Positions 18,966 through 28,680 of a DNA stretch of 64,000 nucleotides are shown in pieces. Position 1 is the first letter of the stretch. Each line of letters starts with the position of its first letter. The notes beneath the pieces are model-generated. The model did not search any database. It saw only the letters and a list, made by a program, of their open reading frames with translations, and was not told the DNA's origin. Both the position numbers and the translations under genes were made by a program. Source of the stretch: an uncultured Erysipelotrichaceae bacterium (GTDB lineage Bacteria; Bacillota_I; Bacilli_A; Erysipelotrichales; Erysipelotrichaceae); the NCBI GenBank assembly GCA_902786245.1, contig CADABS010000004.1:6327-70326 (forward strand), read 5' to 3'.

Positions 18966-20654
18966 ATGCATTTAAAAAACAGTTATTTCTATACATTGCG
19001 TGAAAATGTAAAAGACGAAGACTCCGTCAGTTCCAACATGATGGCAAGAGCCGGCATGATCAAAAAGAGCTCTGCCGGTGTCTATATGATGCTGCCGATG
19101 GGATACCGTGTATTCACCAAGATCAACGACATCATCCGCGAAGAAATGAACGCCACCGGCTGCCAGGAACTGGTCATGCCTGCCCTGATCCCGGAAGACG
19201 TTTATATCTCCAGCGGACGCCGTGAAAACTTCGGCAGTTCGATGTTTGCCCTCAAGGACAGAAAAGGCCAGAACTATGTACTCGGCCCGACCCATGAAGA
19301 ACTGTTTGCGGCTGCCGCAAAGATGAAGATCCGTTCCTACAAGGACATGCCCTTCTCTCTGTATCAGATCCAGACAAAGTTCCGCGATGAGCCCAGACCC
19401 CGCTACGGTCTGATCCGGGTCCGCGAATTCCAGATGAAGGATGCCTATACCTTCGACAAAGATGAAGCAGGACTGGATGAAGCTTACAACAAGCAGTTCA
19501 ATGCCTATAAGAACATCATGGACAGACTCGGACTCGAATACAAGATCGTCCGAGCCGATACCGGTGTCATGGGCGGTCTGCTTTCCGAAGAATTCCAGGC
19601 AGTTACCCCGATGGGAGAAGATATCCTGGTTCTGTGCGACAGCTGCGACTTCGCTTCCAATATCGAAGTAGCCGCCTGCACGGCAGAACCCGTATCCGTA
19701 CAGGAAGATGCGGAAGAGCTGACACTGGTCGAAACACCCAACAGCAGAACGATCGAAGAAGTCACGGACTTCCTGCACAAAGACGCCGGAAAGTTCGTCA
19801 AGACACTGATCTACAATGTCGACGGCAAGCCGTATGCAGTCATGGTCAGAGGCGACAGAGACGTCAATGAAGTCAAGGTCAGAAAGCTGCTCGGTGCCAA
19901 TGAAGTCGATCTGGCAGAACCGGAAATGGTCATGGAAGCCACCGGTGCGGAAATCGGCTTTGCCGGTCCCATCGGCATCAGATGCCCGCTGATCGCGGAT
20001 GAAGAAGTGACGCATATGTTCAACTTCGTCTGCGGCGCCAACAAGACCGGCTACCACTACACCGGCGTCAACCAGAAGGATTTCAAAGCCGACTATACCG
20101 GCGATGTGCGCAATATCATGGAAGGCGATCTCTGCCCGAAATGCGGCGGCAGGATCCATTTCGCCCATGGCATTGAAGTCGGCAACACCTTCAAGCTCGG
20201 CACAAAGTATTCCAAGGCAATGGATCTGCAGTATCTCGACCAGAACAATACGCTGCAGTATGTCTGGATGGGTTCCTACGGCATCGGTCCGGCCAGAGCC
20301 ATGGCTGCCCTGGCGGAGCAGAATGCGGATGAAAACGGCATCAACTGGCCCAAGCAGGTCGCACCGTATTCCGTTGCCATCGTCCAGATCTCGGCAAAGG
20401 ATGAAGAACAGACAAAAATCGCCTGCCGGCTCCATGATGAACTCGAAGCTGCCGGCATCGATGTCATTCTCGATGACAGAGACGAGCGTCCCGGTGTCAA
20501 GTTCAAGGATATGGAACTGATCGGCATCCCCTACCGCATCACGGTCGGCAGAGGCATCAAGGACGGCATGGTCGAACTGAAACCCAGAACCGGTGAAAGC
20601 GAAAACGTCGCCATCGCAGACATCACCGCAAGAATCAGAGAAATCTATCAATAA
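18966..20654 (+). CDS. proS: Proline--tRNA ligase (bacterial type with editing insertion)
   Basis: QIQTKFRDEPRPRYGLIRVREFQMKDAY, IEVGNTFKLG, ILDDRDERPGVKFKD; ATG 18966 after GAGGA; TGCTATAAT at 18932-18940. Confidence 0.96.
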   Translation: MHLKNSYFYTLRENVKDEDSVSSNMMARAGMIKKSSAGVYMMLPMGYRVFTKINDIIREEMNATGCQELVMPALIPEDVYISSGRRENFGSSMFALKDRKGQNYVLGPTHEELFAAAAKMKIRSYKDMPFSLYQIQTKFRDEPRPRYGLIRVREFQMKDAYTFDKDEAGLDEAYNKQFNAYKNIMDRLGLEYKIVRADTGVMGGLLSEEFQAVTPMGEDILVLCDSCDFASNIEVAACTAEPVSVQEDAEELTLVETPNSRTIEEVTDFLHKDAGKFVKTLIYNVDGKPYAVMVRGDRDVNEVKVRKLLGANEVDLAEPEMVMEATGAEIGFAGPIGIRCPLIADEEVTHMFNFVCGANKTGYHYTGVNQKDFKADYTGDVRNIMEGDLCPKCGGRIHFAHGIEVGNTFKLGTKYSKAMDLQYLDQNNTLQYVWMGSYGIGPARAMAALAEQNADENGINWPKQVAPYSVAIVQISAKDEEQTKIACRLHDELEAAGIDVILDDRDERPGVKFKDMELIGIPYRITVGRGIKDGMVELKPRTGESENVAIADITARIREIYQ

Positions 20655-20660
20655 GAATAC

Positions 20661-20693
20661 ATGTCATTGCGAAAGCAGTGACATTTTTCTTTT
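20661..20693 (+). terminator. proS terminator
   Basis: ATGTCATTGC-GAAA-GCAGTGACAT plus TTTTCTTTT. Confidence 0.75.
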
Positions 20694-20729
20694 CGGGTGT
20701 AAAATAGATGCGGTTAAAAGGAGAATTCT

Positions 20730-21599
20730 ATGGCCGACAGATTTGACGCTAAATATTTGAAGAACATTGATTCCATGCATTTCATTATGCCTTTCATGTA
20801 TCCGGACAGATGCGACAATGAAGCATTCTTCAGCTTCCGTATCGATCTGACTGCAGTCAATGCATATATCCGGGAAAAGAATGCACAGAATCCCGATTAT
20901 AAATACAACCTCTTCCAGTGCATCATCGCAGCTGCACTGAAGACCATTACCCTGCGCTCCAAGCTTTCCATCTTCATCCACAACCGGAAGATGTACAAGC
21001 GCAATGAGATCAGCGCTGCCTTTACGGTCAAGCAGGAATTCAGCGATGAAGGCGGCGAGGTGCTTGCCTTTATCCACAGCAGACCCGACTGGACGATCGA
21101 TGATCTGCACAATGAGATCAGAAGACAGCTGCTGAAGCTGAAGAACAAGAGCTACAAAGATGAATCCACCGGTATCATGGATAAACTCAATGCCCTGCCC
21201 AAGGCAATTTCCAGACCCCTTGTCAGCACGGTATGCAGGATGGAAAAACACGGATTGATTCCGCCGGCAATGGTCGAAACAGATCCGTATCATTCCACTG
21301 TCAACTTCGCCAATCTCGGATCGATCGGTCTTCCCTCGGGATACCATCATCTGACAAACTGGGGAACGACTTCGATGTTCATCGTCATCGGCGAAGCAGG
21401 CAGAATGCCTTTCTTTGAAAATGATCAGGTCATCTTCAGAGACGGCGTCGATCTCAATATCACCATGGACGAAAGAATCGCCGACGGCTACTACTTCTCC
21501 AAGTCCATGAAGATGATGCAGTATTTCCTGGCCCATCCCGAACTCCTTGAACATCCCTTCAATGAGAATATGGATGACGAAGTATTCAGAAATCTGTAA
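20730..21599 (+). CDS. Stand-alone 2-oxoacid dehydrogenase E2-like (CAT-fold) acyltransferase catalytic domain
   Basis: FANLGSIG and LNITMDERIADG align with E2 SNLG and DHRxxDG; no lipoyl domain. Confidence 0.65.
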   Translation: MADRFDAKYLKNIDSMHFIMPFMYPDRCDNEAFFSFRIDLTAVNAYIREKNAQNPDYKYNLFQCIIAAALKTITLRSKLSIFIHNRKMYKRNEISAAFTVKQEFSDEGGEVLAFIHSRPDWTIDDLHNEIRRQLLKLKNKSYKDESTGIMDKLNALPKAISRPLVSTVCRMEKHGLIPPAMVETDPYHSTVNFANLGSIGLPSGYHHLTNWGTTSMFIVIGEAGRMPFFENDQVIFRDGVDLNITMDERIADGYYFSKSMKMMQYFLAHPELLEHPFNENMDDEVFRNL

Positions 21600-21602
21600 A
21601 CG

Positions 21603-21626
21603 AAAAAAGGACGGAAGTCCTTTTTC
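21603..21626. terminator. Bidirectional terminator (E2-like gene / cysE)
   Basis: AAAAAAGGAC-GGAA-GTCCTTTTTC. Confidence 0.75.
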
Positions 21627-22442
21627 TTAACCGTTGTAATAGACCGTACTGTTTGCCGGTACGGATTTGACCAGCCAGACGTTGCCGCCGATCACGGAAT
21701 GATCGCCGATAAACGTATCGCCGCCGAGAATCGTCGCATTGGCATAGACAACGACATGGTTGCCCAGGTTCGGATGTCTCTTGCCGCCTTTGACGGGATT
21801 GCCGTTTTCATCATTCTCAAAGCTCTTCGCACCGATCGTAACACCCTGGTACAGCTTGACATGATGGCCGAGCACTGCCGTTTCACCGATGACGATACCG
21901 GTACCGTGATCAATACAGAAATACTCACCGATCGTTGCACCGGGGTTGATATCGATCCCGGTTTTCTCATGTGCGTATTCCGACATGATTCTTGGAATAT
22001 ACGGAACACCCAGATCATACAGTTCATGGGCAATGCGGTGGATACAGATGGCATAGAACCCGGGATAGCACAGCAGAACCTCTGCTTTTGTCTTTGCGGC
22101 CGGGTCGCCGTCATAGATTGCCTGGATATCCGTATCCAGTTTCCGCATGATCTTCGGCAGACGTTCAATGAAAGCATCCGCAAGTTCACCTGCTTTCAGC
22201 GGACTCTGTCTCGAGAAGCACAGGGCTGCCCAGATTTCTTCTTTGACTTCCTGCAGCAGCTGCTCATAGGCTTCATCGACACTCAGATTCTTGTAATGGA
22301 AGTATCCCGGATACAGAACGACCTGTGCCTTCTTGATCAGAGAAACGACTTTGTTTCTGTCGGCGATTGTCTGCGGCGCGCGCATTTCATTGGAACGGAT
22401 TTCTTTCAGTTCCGCAAGAATTGCCTGTTCTTTTTCATTCAT
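21627..22442 (-). CDS. cysE: Serine O-acetyltransferase
   Basis: DIQAIYDGDPAA, CYPGFYAI, GIDINPGATIG, IDHGTGIVIGET, KRHP. Confidence 0.92.
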   Translation of the reverse strand: MNEKEQAILAELKEIRSNEMRAPQTIADRNKVVSLIKKAQVVLYPGYFHYKNLSVDEAYEQLLQEVKEEIWAALCFSRQSPLKAGELADAFIERLPKIMRKLDTDIQAIYDGDPAAKTKAEVLLCYPGFYAICIHRIAHELYDLGVPYIPRIMSEYAHEKTGIDINPGATIGEYFCIDHGTGIVIGETAVLGHHVKLYQGVTIGAKSFENDENGNPVKGGKRHPNLGNHVVVYANATILGGDTFIGDHSVIGGNVWLVKSVPANSTVYYNG

Positions 22443-22445
22443 AGG

Positions 22446-23375
22446 CTATTCCTCATACATCGCTGTCGAAAGATAGCGGTCGCCGGAATCCGGCAGAAGC
22501 ACGACGATATTCTTTCCGGCATATTCTTCTTTCTTTGCAAGCTGAATCGCAGCATATAATGCTGCACCGGAGCTGATACCGACAAGCACGCCCTCGGTTT
22601 TGCCGAACATCGCACCGGTCTCAATCGCATCCGCATCTGTTACCCGGATGATTTCATCATAGATGCCTGTATCCAGCACATCCGGAATAAAACCGCCGCC
22701 GATTCCCTGGATTGCATGCGGACCTGCCTTTTCACCCGATAATACCGCGGAGGAATCCGGTTCCACCGCAACAATATGCACATCCGGATTCTGTTCCTTC
22801 AGATATCTGCCGGTGCCGGTGATCGTTCCGCCGGTGCCTACACCGGCAACAAACACATCGGCATTTCCGTCTGTATCCTGCCAGATCTCCGGTCCGGTCG
22901 TTTTATAATGCGCCTGTGCATTGGCCGGATTGACAAACTGACCCATGATCATCGATCCCGGATTGGCATCTCTGATTTCTTCTGCCTTTGCGATTGCACC
23001 GCTCATGCCGAGCTTTCCGTCACTGAGCACCAGTTCTGCGCCATAGGCTTTCATCAGTTTTCTTCTTTCTGCCGACATCGTATCCGGCATGACAATGATG
23101 ACCCTGTAGCCTCTGACCGTGCCGACTGCCGCAAGGCCGATGCCGGTATTGCCGGAAGTCGGTTCAATGATCACAGAACCAGGTTTCAGCTGTCCTTTTT
23201 CTTCCGCATCCAGGATCATTTCCAGAGCCGGTCTGTCCTTGGCCGAACCGGTTGCGTTCAGATATTCCATCTTGGCCAGAAGATGTGCCTTCAGTCCGTA
23301 TTTATTTTCAATATGATGAAGTTCAAGAAGCGGTGTATGCCCGATCATTTCCTCCATCGAATGCTTTATATTCAT
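22446..23375 (-). CDS. cysK: Cysteine synthase A
   Basis: EYLNATGSAKDR (PLP Lys), EPTSGNTGIGLA, GVGTGGT, HAIQGIG, PDSGDRYLST. Confidence 0.96.
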   Translation of the reverse strand: MNIKHSMEEMIGHTPLLELHHIENKYGLKAHLLAKMEYLNATGSAKDRPALEMILDAEEKGQLKPGSVIIEPTSGNTGIGLAAVGTVRGYRVIIVMPDTMSAERRKLMKAYGAELVLSDGKLGMSGAIAKAEEIRDANPGSMIMGQFVNPANAQAHYKTTGPEIWQDTDGNADVFVAGVGTGGTITGTGRYLKEQNPDVHIVAVEPDSSAVLSGEKAGPHAIQGIGGGFIPDVLDTGIYDEIIRVTDADAIETGAMFGKTEGVLVGISSGAALYAAIQLAKKEEYAGKNIVVLLPDSGDRYLSTAMYEE

Positions 23376-23470
23376 ATTCTTTCCCCTTCCTCAAAACAGA
23401 ACGAATTTCCATTATAGTATCAAAATTCATCCGTTTTTTAAAGCATAGCGCAAACTGCACAGTACCTGGA

Positions 23471-23497
23471 AAAGATAAAATCCGGCAGTGCCGGACT
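23471..23497 (-). terminator. Terminator after HD-domain gene
   Basis: AGTCCGGC-ACT-GCCGGATT plus TTATCTTT on the minus strand. Confidence 0.65.
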
Positions 23498-23520
23498 TCA
23501 GGAATTCAATCAATCGCAGA

Positions 23521-24099
23521 TCATTTTTTATTATTATGCTCATTGATCTTATCTTCTGTCCATTGATCGATGACCTTTCTGAGTCTGATCAGATAGGGAC
23601 TGAATTTCATATTCTCCTGTCCATACGTCAACTGCAGATCATATTCCAGAGGAAGCCATGTATTGATATCGGATTCATTGTGCGAGATCAGTGCTTCGAG
23701 TTTATCCATGGCTTTATACAGCTTTGCTTCTCTGGTTTCCAGGGCATTCATCTCCATGAGGAGTTCTTTCCATTGCGTCCGCTGCGGCTCCGTGAAAGAA
23801 TCTACCCATGCATCATAGAGCTTTTCTTCAGTTTTTTCATTGCCTTCATTTTTGATGAATGTAGGAATATCACCGGTAAAGGCTTCGCCAAGATCATGGA
23901 TGAGACACATCCTGATGACCTTGCTGATATCAACGTCATGGAATTCTTCTTCCCCTTCCAGTAACATCGCCATTAATGCAATTCGCCAGGAATGATCCGC
24001 AACGCTTTCTTTTCTGTCCGGTGTGATCCAGCAGTGTCTGTCTGTATTTTTCAGTCTGGCCGCAACTGCCAGTATGTCCAGGTATTCTTTCGGTTCCAT
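23521..24099 (-). CDS. HD-domain phosphohydrolase (YfbR/HDDC2-like 5'-deoxynucleotidase)
   Basis: LKNTDRHCW, ESVADHSWR, LIHDLGEAFTGDIP, AMDKLEAL; start MEPKE after GCAGGAG. Confidence 0.85.
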   Translation of the reverse strand: MEPKEYLDILAVAARLKNTDRHCWITPDRKESVADHSWRIALMAMLLEGEEEFHDVDISKVIRMCLIHDLGEAFTGDIPTFIKNEGNEKTEEKLYDAWVDSFTEPQRTQWKELLMEMNALETREAKLYKAMDKLEALISHNESDINTWLPLEYDLQLTYGQENMKFSPYLIRLRKVIDQWTEDKINEHNNKK

Positions 24100-24131
24100 A
24101 CAACTTCTCCTGCATGTATTGTATCCAAAAC

Positions 24132-24156
24132 AAAAAGGACTGGCAACGCCAGTCCC
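24132..24156 (-). terminator. Hydrogenase operon terminator
   Basis: GGACTGGC-GTT-GCCAGTCC plus T5 on the minus strand. Confidence 0.75.
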
Positions 24157-24164
24157 CTGATGCA

Positions 24165-25931
24165 TTATTCAGGAAGAATGTTGAATTTCTTCTTGGGTGT
24201 ATAGCTTGTATGGAGGAGTTCTTCCGCCAGTTCGCTTCCCGGCTTGCCGAGGAAATCTCTGTACAGCTGCTGGATCTGTTCGTTGTCCGAAGAAACTCTC
24301 AGTTCCATCAGTTCGTCCTCATCATACAGCGCCTTCATACGCAGTTCCTTATAGCCATAGCCGAGTTTTCCATTCTTGACTTTGGAAGGAATGATCGACT
24401 GACCGCCGCCGTTGATACAGCCGCCCGGGCAGCCCATGACTTCGATGAAGGTATACTTGGATGTGCCTGCCTTGACTTCTTCCAGCAGCGGCTTGGCTGC
24501 ACTCATGGATGAAGTGATGGCAATCCAGATCTTTGTGCCGTTGAGGTCGATTTCAGCTTCCTTGACACCTGCCATACCGCGGCATGCCTCGAAGTCAACC
24601 TTCTCGAGCTTTGTGCCGTCGAGCTGCTGCTTGACTGTACGCAGAGCCGCTTCCATGACACCGCCGGTTGCACCGAAGATGACTGCTGCACCGGTGTAGT
24701 CGCCGAGCAGATCCTGGTCGAATTCTTCATCTTCCAGCTCATCCCATTCAACGCCGTACATCTTGATCAGACGTGCGCATTCTCTTGTGGTCAGTACTGC
24801 ATCGACATCTTCGTATTCAGCTGTCTTGTTTTCCGGACGCCGGATCTCGGACTTCTTGGCGATACAAGGCATGATCGATACAACGAAGACATCCTTCGGA
24901 TCGACGCCCTTGTTCTTTGCCCAATAAGATTTTGCGATGGCACCGAACATCATGTGCGGAGACTTGGATGTCGACAGATTCGGCAGCAGTTCCGGATACT
25001 GATATTCAATGTATCTGATCCATCCCGGTGAGCAGGATGTGAACATCGGCAGAGTTCCGCCGTGTGTGATTCTTTCCAGAAGTTCATTGCCTTCTTCCAT
25101 GATCGTCAGGTCAGCACCGAAGTTTGTGTCATAGACACGGTCGAATCCGCATCTCTTCAGAGCTGCGACCATCTTGCCGGTGACACGGCTGCCGATCGGC
25201 ATGCCGAATTCTTCACCCAGGGAAGCACGGACAGCCGGTGCTGTCTGGACGATCACGACCTTCTTCGGATCGTTGATTGCCTGTACGACAGCGTGGATGT
25301 CTTCTTTTTCTGTCAGAGCACCGACCGGGCAGTTGATGACGCACTGGCCGCACTGCATGCAGTTGACATCATTGAAGCTTCTGTTGTAAACAGGACCGAC
25401 GATCGTCTTGAAGCCTCTGTTTTCAAGACCGAGAACACCCAGGCCCTGAACCTTCTTACATGTTTCGATACATCTCTGGCAGAGAACGCACTTGGAAGTA
25501 TCACGGACGATACCGTAGCTTGCATCTTCGAATGTCGGAGCGGTATGCTCGCCTTCGAATCTGTTTTCACGGACACCGAGTTCTTCGCACAGCTTCTGCA
25601 GTTCGCAGTTCTGGTTTCTCTTGCAGGAGAGGCAGTTCTTGTTGTGGTTGGACATGATCAGTTCGACCGAGTTGCGGCGGCCTCTGAGAGCACGCTCGCT
25701 GTTGGTCCAGACTTCCATGCCTTCGGAAACAGGTGTTGTGCAGGCAGACAGCAGTGTTCTTGCTCTGGCTACTTCAACCAGGCAGACACGGCATGCGCCT
25801 GTCTTTGTAATATCCTTGAGGTAGCAGAGAGTCGGGATGTAGATGCCGGCATTTCTCGCAGCTTCGAGAATTGTCTGACCGGCTTCCGCAGTGACAGCTC
25901 TGTTATTGATCTTTAAATTCACAGTTGTCAT
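24165..25931 (-). CDS. hydA: Group A [FeFe]-hydrogenase catalytic subunit (HydA/HndD type)
   Basis: N-terminal 2Fe-2S, His-ligated and 2x4Fe-4S motifs; H-cluster motifs FTSCSPGW, MPCIAKKSE, EVMGCPGGCINGGG. Confidence 0.95.
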   Translation of the reverse strand: MTTVNLKINNRAVTAEAGQTILEAARNAGIYIPTLCYLKDITKTGACRVCLVEVARARTLLSACTTPVSEGMEVWTNSERALRGRRNSVELIMSNHNKNCLSCKRNQNCELQKLCEELGVRENRFEGEHTAPTFEDASYGIVRDTSKCVLCQRCIETCKKVQGLGVLGLENRGFKTIVGPVYNRSFNDVNCMQCGQCVINCPVGALTEKEDIHAVVQAINDPKKVVIVQTAPAVRASLGEEFGMPIGSRVTGKMVAALKRCGFDRVYDTNFGADLTIMEEGNELLERITHGGTLPMFTSCSPGWIRYIEYQYPELLPNLSTSKSPHMMFGAIAKSYWAKNKGVDPKDVFVVSIMPCIAKKSEIRRPENKTAEYEDVDAVLTTRECARLIKMYGVEWDELEDEEFDQDLLGDYTGAAVIFGATGGVMEAALRTVKQQLDGTKLEKVDFEACRGMAGVKEAEIDLNGTKIWIAITSSMSAAKPLLEEVKAGTSKYTFIEVMGCPGGCINGGGQSIIPSKVKNGKLGYGYKELRMKALYDEDELMELRVSSDNEQIQQLYRDFLGKPGSELAEELLHTSYTPKKKFNILPE

Positions 25932-25946
25932 GTTCATTCCCCTCTC

Positions 25947-27749
25947 TTACTTACGCTCTACTGCACCGAAGCGGCAGGATGTGATACATGTGCCGCACTT
26001 GATGCACTTGGCTGTATCAATGACATACGGTTCCTTGCCCGGAACGCCTTTTATCGCATCGACAGGGCAGTTGCGTGCACACATCGAGCACTTCTTGCAC
26101 TTGTTCGGGTCGATCGAGTATGTCAGCAGCTTCTTGCATACGCCGGCCGGGCATCTCTTTTCGAGGATATGCGCTTCATATTCAGAGCGGAAATGCTTGA
26201 GTGTGGAGAGAATCGGGTTCGGTGCTGTCTGGCCCAGGCCGCACAGCGCTGTATCGCGGATTTCTTCGCACAGTTCTTCCATCTCTGCCAGCATTTCCAT
26301 GGTACCTTCGCCGTCGCAGATCTTTGTGAGCATTTCGAGCAGTCTCTTTGTACCGACACGGCACGGTGTGCACTTGCCGCAGGATTCGTCACAGATGAAT
26401 TCCATGTAGAATCTGGCAACGTCAACCATACAGTTGTCTTCGTCCAGGACGATCATACCGCCGGAACCCATCATGGATCCTGCTGCGATCAGGTTGTCAT
26501 AGTCGATCGGTGTATCCAGTTCTTTTTCCGTCAGACATCCGCCGGAAGGTCCGCCGGTCTGTACTGCCTTGAACGCTTTGTTATTCGGGCAGCCGCCGCC
26601 GATTTCATAGATGATCTCACGCAGTGTCGTACCCATCGGGATTTCGACCAGACCTGTGTTCTTGATCTTTCCGCCCAGAGCGAATACCTTTGTACCCTTG
26701 GACTTTTCGGTACCGATGGAGGAATACCATTCCGCACCGTTGTTGATGATCTGGGCTACATTGGCCAGTGTCTCAACGTTGTTGATGGAGGTCGGCTTGC
26801 CCCAGACACCGCTGACTGCCGGGAACGGCGGTTTCGGTGTAGGCATGCCTCTCTTGCCTTCGATGGAAGCAATCAGAGCTGTTTCTTCGCCGCAGACGAA
26901 TGCACCTGCACCAAGACGCAGTTCCAGATCAAAGCTGAATCCGCTGTCGAAAATGTTTTCGCCGAGCAGACCGTACTGATGGGCCTGATCGATCGCAATG
27001 CGCAGACGGTTGACTGCGATCGGATATTCGGCACGGATATAGATATAGCCCTTATGCGCACCGACTGCATAGCCCATGATGGTCATGCCTTCGATAATTG
27101 CATGCGGGTCGCCTTCCAGAATGGAACGGTCCATGAATGCACCCGGGTCGCCTTCGTCGGCGTTGCAGATGACATATTTCTCATCGCCCGGCTGATCTTT
27201 TTCAAACTGCCATTTGACACCTGTCGGGAATCCGGCACCGCCGCGTCCGCGCAGACCGGAAGCCTTCATGACATCGATGACTTCCTGCGGCTTCATTTCC
27301 GTCAGTGCCTTGCCGAGAGCCGCATAGCCGTCCATGGCGATGTACTCGGTAATATCTTCCGGATTGATCTTGCCGCAGTTGCGCAGAGCGATACGCTGCT
27401 GCTTCTCATAGAACTTGATCTTGTTGATATCAAGGATCTTTTCGCCGCTCTTGAGGTCTTCATCGGACAGCTGCAGATCGGTGACAACACGTCCCTTGTA
27501 AATATGTTCGGCTACGATTCGGGCAACATCTTCCACTTTTACATGGCTGTAGAAAACCTGGTCAGGATAAATTGCTACGATGGGTCCCTTCTGGCAGAGA
27601 CCGAAGCATCCTGTCTTGATTACATTGACTTCATTCTCCAGACCGTACTTTTTCAGTTCGCTGTTGAATTCGTCATAGATCAAGGCTGAGTTACTGGCAT
27701 TACAGCCGGTGCCAGCACAGCAGAGAATATTAGTGCGGAATGTCGGCAT
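25947..27749 (-). CDS. hydB: NADH/FMN-binding hydrogenase subunit (HydB/HndC, NuoF-like)
   Basis: SGLRGRGGAGFPTG, CNADEGDPGAFMDR, GAGAFVCGEETAL, ESCGKCTPCRVG, C-terminal 2x4Fe-4S. Confidence 0.95.
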   Translation of the reverse strand: MPTFRTNILCCAGTGCNASNSALIYDEFNSELKKYGLENEVNVIKTGCFGLCQKGPIVAIYPDQVFYSHVKVEDVARIVAEHIYKGRVVTDLQLSDEDLKSGEKILDINKIKFYEKQQRIALRNCGKINPEDITEYIAMDGYAALGKALTEMKPQEVIDVMKASGLRGRGGAGFPTGVKWQFEKDQPGDEKYVICNADEGDPGAFMDRSILEGDPHAIIEGMTIMGYAVGAHKGYIYIRAEYPIAVNRLRIAIDQAHQYGLLGENIFDSGFSFDLELRLGAGAFVCGEETALIASIEGKRGMPTPKPPFPAVSGVWGKPTSINNVETLANVAQIINNGAEWYSSIGTEKSKGTKVFALGGKIKNTGLVEIPMGTTLREIIYEIGGGCPNNKAFKAVQTGGPSGGCLTEKELDTPIDYDNLIAAGSMMGSGGMIVLDEDNCMVDVARFYMEFICDESCGKCTPCRVGTKRLLEMLTKICDGEGTMEMLAEMEELCEEIRDTALCGLGQTAPNPILSTLKHFRSEYEAHILEKRCPAGVCKKLLTYSIDPNKCKKCSMCARNCPVDAIKGVPGKEPYVIDTAKCIKCGTCITSCRFGAVERK

Positions 27750-28129
27750 CAGGCAGTTTCCCCGCCTTTCCGTGCAGCTTCAACCGTATATTCTTCTACG
27801 ATCTGACCTTTTCCGACATGCTGTTCCAGAATAGCAGTCGCCTTTTCAGGATCAACGTGAACATACGTTGTGTGGCCGCCGTTTTTGTCAAATACTTCGA
27901 CGATCGGTTCGTAAACGCACATGCCGATGCATCCCGTCTGTGTTACTACGCAGTTGTAGTCTTTCTGTGCGGTTTCCTCAACAAGACGGTTCAGTACAGG
28001 TCTTGCACCGGCAGCGATGCCGCAGGTCGCCATACCGACGACGACGCGGTAGTCTTTACCGCCTTCACGCATCTCTACCTTTTTCAAGGCTGCTTCACGC
28101 ATCTTCTTGAGATCTTCCAAGCTTTTCAT
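27749..28129 (-). CDS. Thioredoxin-like [2Fe-2S] hydrogenase subunit (HydD/HndB)
   Basis: VVGMATCGIAAGA and TGCIGMCVYEP. Confidence 0.88.
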   Translation of the reverse strand: MKSLEDLKKMREAALKKVEMREGGKDYRVVVGMATCGIAAGARPVLNRLVEETAQKDYNCVVTQTGCIGMCVYEPIVEVFDKNGGHTTYVHVDPEKATAILEQHVGKGQIVEEYTVEAARKGGETA

Positions 28130-28680
28130 AGTGTGTCCTCCTTAGCCTGTTCAATACCCTGATTAATGTATTCTTTAATCCAGAGCAGGATTTCCGGTTC
28201 CAGCAGGCTGACACCTGCCAGTTCGTTCTTCACCACTTCGGATTCAAAGATAAACTGATTCTGATCGGTGCTGTAATCCAGCACGTAGTCGATATTTTCA
28301 TCGGACTGGATGGCTTCCATCATCATTTCGCCGATATCGCCGAGATCCGGTGTGTCGATATTCAGCTTCTGTACGGATGCCTTGACAACGGTTCCCTTTC
28401 CGACTTCCGACTGGATGTCGAAGCTTCCGTTGCATGTTTCGGCCAGACCTTTCATGAAGGCAAGCCCCATGCCGATCTTCCGGGTGGTTCTTGATGTCGT
28501 GAACGGATCGGCAGCTTTCTTCGTCATTGCCTCATCCATTCCCTTGCCGTTATCCTCGACGCTGATGGCAATCACATCATCGTTGAGGCTGTCTCTGATC
28601 TTCAGTATGATCTTCGTCGCCCCTGCCTTGATGCTGTTCATCAGGATTTCGAGAATATGCATCGCGATATCTTCCATCAT
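28126..28680 (-). CDS. HATPase_c (histidine kinase-like) ATP-binding protein
   Basis: N, G1, F and G2 boxes: EILMNSI, EDNGKGM, DPFTTSR, GMGL; no HisKA or sensor domain. Confidence 0.85.
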   Translation of the reverse strand: MMEDIAMHILEILMNSIKAGATKIILKIRDSLNDDVIAISVEDNGKGMDEAMTKKAADPFTTSRTTRKIGMGLAFMKGLAETCNGSFDIQSEVGKGTVVKASVQKLNIDTPDLGDIGEMMMEAIQSDENIDYVLDYSTDQNQFIFESEVVKNELAGVSLLEPEILLWIKEYINQGIEQAKEDTL

